NCBI GenBank assembly: GCA_964519975.1
Contig: CAZFML010000001.1
Coordinates: forward strand, 1 to 28,812
DNA from: an uncultured Planctomycetia bacterium
Lineage (GTDB): Bacteria; Omnitrophota; Gorgyraeia; Duberdicusellales; 4484-171
Direction of reading: 5' to 3'
Length of the DNA stretch: 28,812 nucleotides
A program made the translations under genes and the position numbers. Positions 26,664 to 28,812 of the stretch are shown here, piece after piece (positions within the stretch are counted from its first letter, which is position 1; each line of letters opens with the position of its first letter). Under the pieces are notes generated by a model. That model ran no database searches, was not told the origin of the DNA, and saw nothing but the letters and a program-made list of their open reading frames with translations.

Positions 26664-27539
26664 ATGAAAGTCTATATCAATGGGAGTTTAGTTGATAAGA
26701 GTCAGGCAAAAATTTCAGTGTTTGATCACGGCTACCTCTACGGAGACGGTGTGTTTGAAGGAATCCGTTCTTATAGCTGTCTAGTGTTTAAATTAAAAGA
26801 GCATGTTGACCGGTTGTATGAGTCGGCTTACTCAATCATGCTTAATATCTCTCTAACCAAAAAACAGATGACTGAGGCGATTATAAAAACCCTTAAAGCC
26901 AACGGCTTAAAGGACGGTTACATCCGAGTGGTTGTTTCGCGTGGTCAGGGTGATTTAGGGCTTGACCCCAGAAAATGTAAAGGTAATGAGACAGTAGTTA
27001 TTATTACCGATAAGATTGCTCTCTATCCTAAAAAGCTATACCAAAAAGGCATGGAGATAATTACTGTTCCTACGGTGCGCAATATCCCTGAGGCTTTAAA
27101 CCCTCAGATTAAATCGCTTAACTATCTTAACAACATTTTAGCTAAGATCGAGGCCATAAATTCCGGGTATCAAGAAGCTCTTATGCTTGACCACTTAGGT
27201 TACGTAGCTGAATGTACTGGTGATAACATTTTTGTGGTAAGAAATGGTGAGCTTTATACTCCACCACAGTGCATGGGGACTTTGCGCGGAATTACCCGTG
27301 ATAGCGTCTTAGGCATTGCTAAAAAATTGAAGCTACCTACTCATGAACATGTTATAACTCGGCATGAGCTCTATATTGGTGACGAGTGTTTCTTAACTGG
27401 TACGGCAGCTGAGATAGTGCCGGTGGTTAAAGTTGACGGAAGAACTATCGGCGAAGGCAGCCCCGGTAAGATCACCAAGCGGATAATGCAGGAGTTCAAA
27501 AAGTTAACTAAAACCGCTGGAACAAAATACAAAATTTAA
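26664..27539 (+). CDS. ilvE: Branched-chain amino acid aminotransferase (PLP class IV)
   Basis: DHGYLYGDGVFEGIR, IKSLNYL (PLP lysine), ECTGDNIF, GITR, FLTGTAAE. Confidence 0.95.
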   Translation: MKVYINGSLVDKSQAKISVFDHGYLYGDGVFEGIRSYSCLVFKLKEHVDRLYESAYSIMLNISLTKKQMTEAIIKTLKANGLKDGYIRVVVSRGQGDLGLDPRKCKGNETVVIITDKIALYPKKLYQKGMEIITVPTVRNIPEALNPQIKSLNYLNNILAKIEAINSGYQEALMLDHLGYVAECTGDNIFVVRNGELYTPPQCMGTLRGITRDSVLGIAKKLKLPTHEHVITRHELYIGDECFLTGTAAEIVPVVKVDGRTIGEGSPGKITKRIMQEFKKLTKTAGTKYKI

Positions 27540-27540
27540 G

Positions 27541-28023
27541 ATGCTTTGCGATATTTGCCATAAAAACATTGCTACGGTACATCTTACTGAGATTATCAAC
27601 AATCAGGTTTCCGAGATGCACATCTGTCAGGTTTGCGCCCAGGATAAAACTCAAGAACTTAATCAGCAGCCTAACATCTCTGATTTTCTTAGCGGTCTGG
27701 TAAGTGCCAGTAGAGTCAGAAAGGAGGAATACAGCTTAAAGTGTTCTTCCTGCGGTTTTAACTACAGCGACTTTAAGAAAAAAGGAAGGTTGGGCTGCGG
27801 ACGTTGCTATCAGTCTTTCCGGAGGCAGCTGTTACCACTGCTTAAAAAAATTCACGGCACAACCCGCCATACCGGAAAAATTCCCTTAGATAGCGAGAAA
27901 CCAGTATCTTCACGGGATAAACTGAGTGAGTTAAATGAGCAGCTTAAGCGGGCAATACAGCTTGAGGAGTATGAAGATGCAGCTAGAATCAGAGACCAGA
28001 TAAAGAGGCTGAAGAAGAAGTAG
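27541..28023 (+). CDS. mcsA: McsA, activator of protein arginine kinase
   Basis: Four CxxC pairs (CDIC, CQVC, CSSC, CGRC), GRLGC, C-terminal UVR domain EEYEDAARIRDQI. Confidence 0.93.
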   Translation: MLCDICHKNIATVHLTEIINNQVSEMHICQVCAQDKTQELNQQPNISDFLSGLVSASRVRKEEYSLKCSSCGFNYSDFKKKGRLGCGRCYQSFRRQLLPLLKKIHGTTRHTGKIPLDSEKPVSSRDKLSELNEQLKRAIQLEEYEDAARIRDQIKRLKKK

Positions 28024-28034
28024 AGACTCAAATT

Positions 28035-28812
28035 ATGTTCGATAATTTTGTTAATAGCAAGGAAAGTTGGTTAAGTAAAAAGGGTCCGGAGTCAGAGATT
28101 GTTTTCTCATCGCGTATTAGGCTGGCCCGAAACATTGCCGGAATTCCTTTTCCTTCCAAGGCAACAGCTAGTCAGCGCCAAAGCGTGTTTAAAACGATGA
28201 AGGAGGTCTATCCGCATATCAGCCGGTTTAAAGATAGTTTTTTTGTTAATATGGATGATTTGGGACCCCTAGATAGTCAGTTTTTGCTTGAGCGCCACCT
28301 GATTGCTCAAGAGCATCTTGCTTCGGGAGTAGGCCGGGGCCTTATCATATCTAGGGATGAAGAAATTTCGATTATGATTAACGAGGAAGATCATCTCCGG
28401 ATGCAGGTTATCACTGCTGGTTTTGATCTTAAGAAATGCTGGGATATCCTCGATAATATCGACAATGATATCAGCAAGAGAATAACCTTTGCTTTTTCAT
28501 CGGAAATCGGCTATTTAACTGCTTGTCCAACCAATGTCGGTACAGCTTTAAGGGCATCGTGCATGTTGCATCTGCCGGCTTTAATTCTTACTAAAAGAAT
28601 CAATAAGATATTAGAGCTTTTAGCCCGGATATCCTTTACTACCCGCGGTCTTTTCGGTGAAGGCACTCAAGCCTTGGGGGATTTTTTTCAAGTCTCCAAT
28701 CAGGTTAGCTTAGGCTTAAGTGAAGAAGAGTTGATCGATAATCTGATCAGCGTGGTTAATCAGGTTAAGAGTCATGAACTCGATGCCCGCAATATCCTGA
28801 TTAAGAAATATA
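28035..28812 (+). CDS. mcsB: McsB protein arginine kinase (3'-truncated by window edge; not in the ORF track)
   Basis: Manual translation: MFDNFVNSKESW...SSRIRLARN, INEEDHLRMQ, GYLTACPTNVGTALRAS; follows mcsA. Confidence 0.93.
   Translation, partial: MFDNFVNSKESWLSKKGPESEIVFSSRIRLARNIAGIPFPSKATASQRQSVFKTMKEVYPHISRFKDSFFVNMDDLGPLDSQFLLERHLIAQEHLASGVGRGLIISRDEEISIMINEEDHLRMQVITAGFDLKKCWDILDNIDNDISKRITFAFSSEIGYLTACPTNVGTALRASCMLHLPALILTKRINKILELLARISFTTRGLFGEGTQALGDFFQVSNQVSLGLSEEELIDNLISVVNQVKSHELDARNILIKKY

Overview
The window is dominated by one uninterrupted 15.4-kb ORF (ATG 463 to 15858, 5131 aa). This ORF is divided by 15 copies of a short peptide motif, [S/N]-L-D-N-G-G (13 exact LDNGG, one LNNGG, one FDNGG), into 16 modules of 74-1028 aa. 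The modules look like unrelated, self-contained proteins: class I methyltransferase-like, nucleotidyltransferase-like, HTH, transglutaminase-like Cys-His-Asp, phosphoribosyltransferase, CheD/YfiH-like, multi-TM GT2 glycosyltransferase, TraB/Tiki-like, a module starting with an internal twin-arginine signal, an M23 peptidase, and a C-terminal wHTH + sigma-70 module. My best reading is a modular polyprotein whose linker is a protein-level processing site and also a point of module exchange; this is inference and is untested. Upstream lies the 3' end of gyrA, and the join near nt 530-550 may be chimeric. Downstream is ordinary + strand housekeeping DNA: an Opp/Dpp-type ABC transporter (5 genes), a secreted clan GH-A glycoside hydrolase, a GspG-like pilin, lysS, lolC/E-lolD, ilvE, mcsA and partial mcsB. 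Two near-consensus sigma-70 promoters have their -10 box 8 nt before an ATG. The gene set, the Ser-Phe pilin cleavage site and the giant ORF suggest Candidatus Omnitrophota (PVC); this assignment is inferred, not verified. I saw no rRNA, tRNA, CRISPR array or IS element. All domain calls are by-eye motif recognition without database searches.
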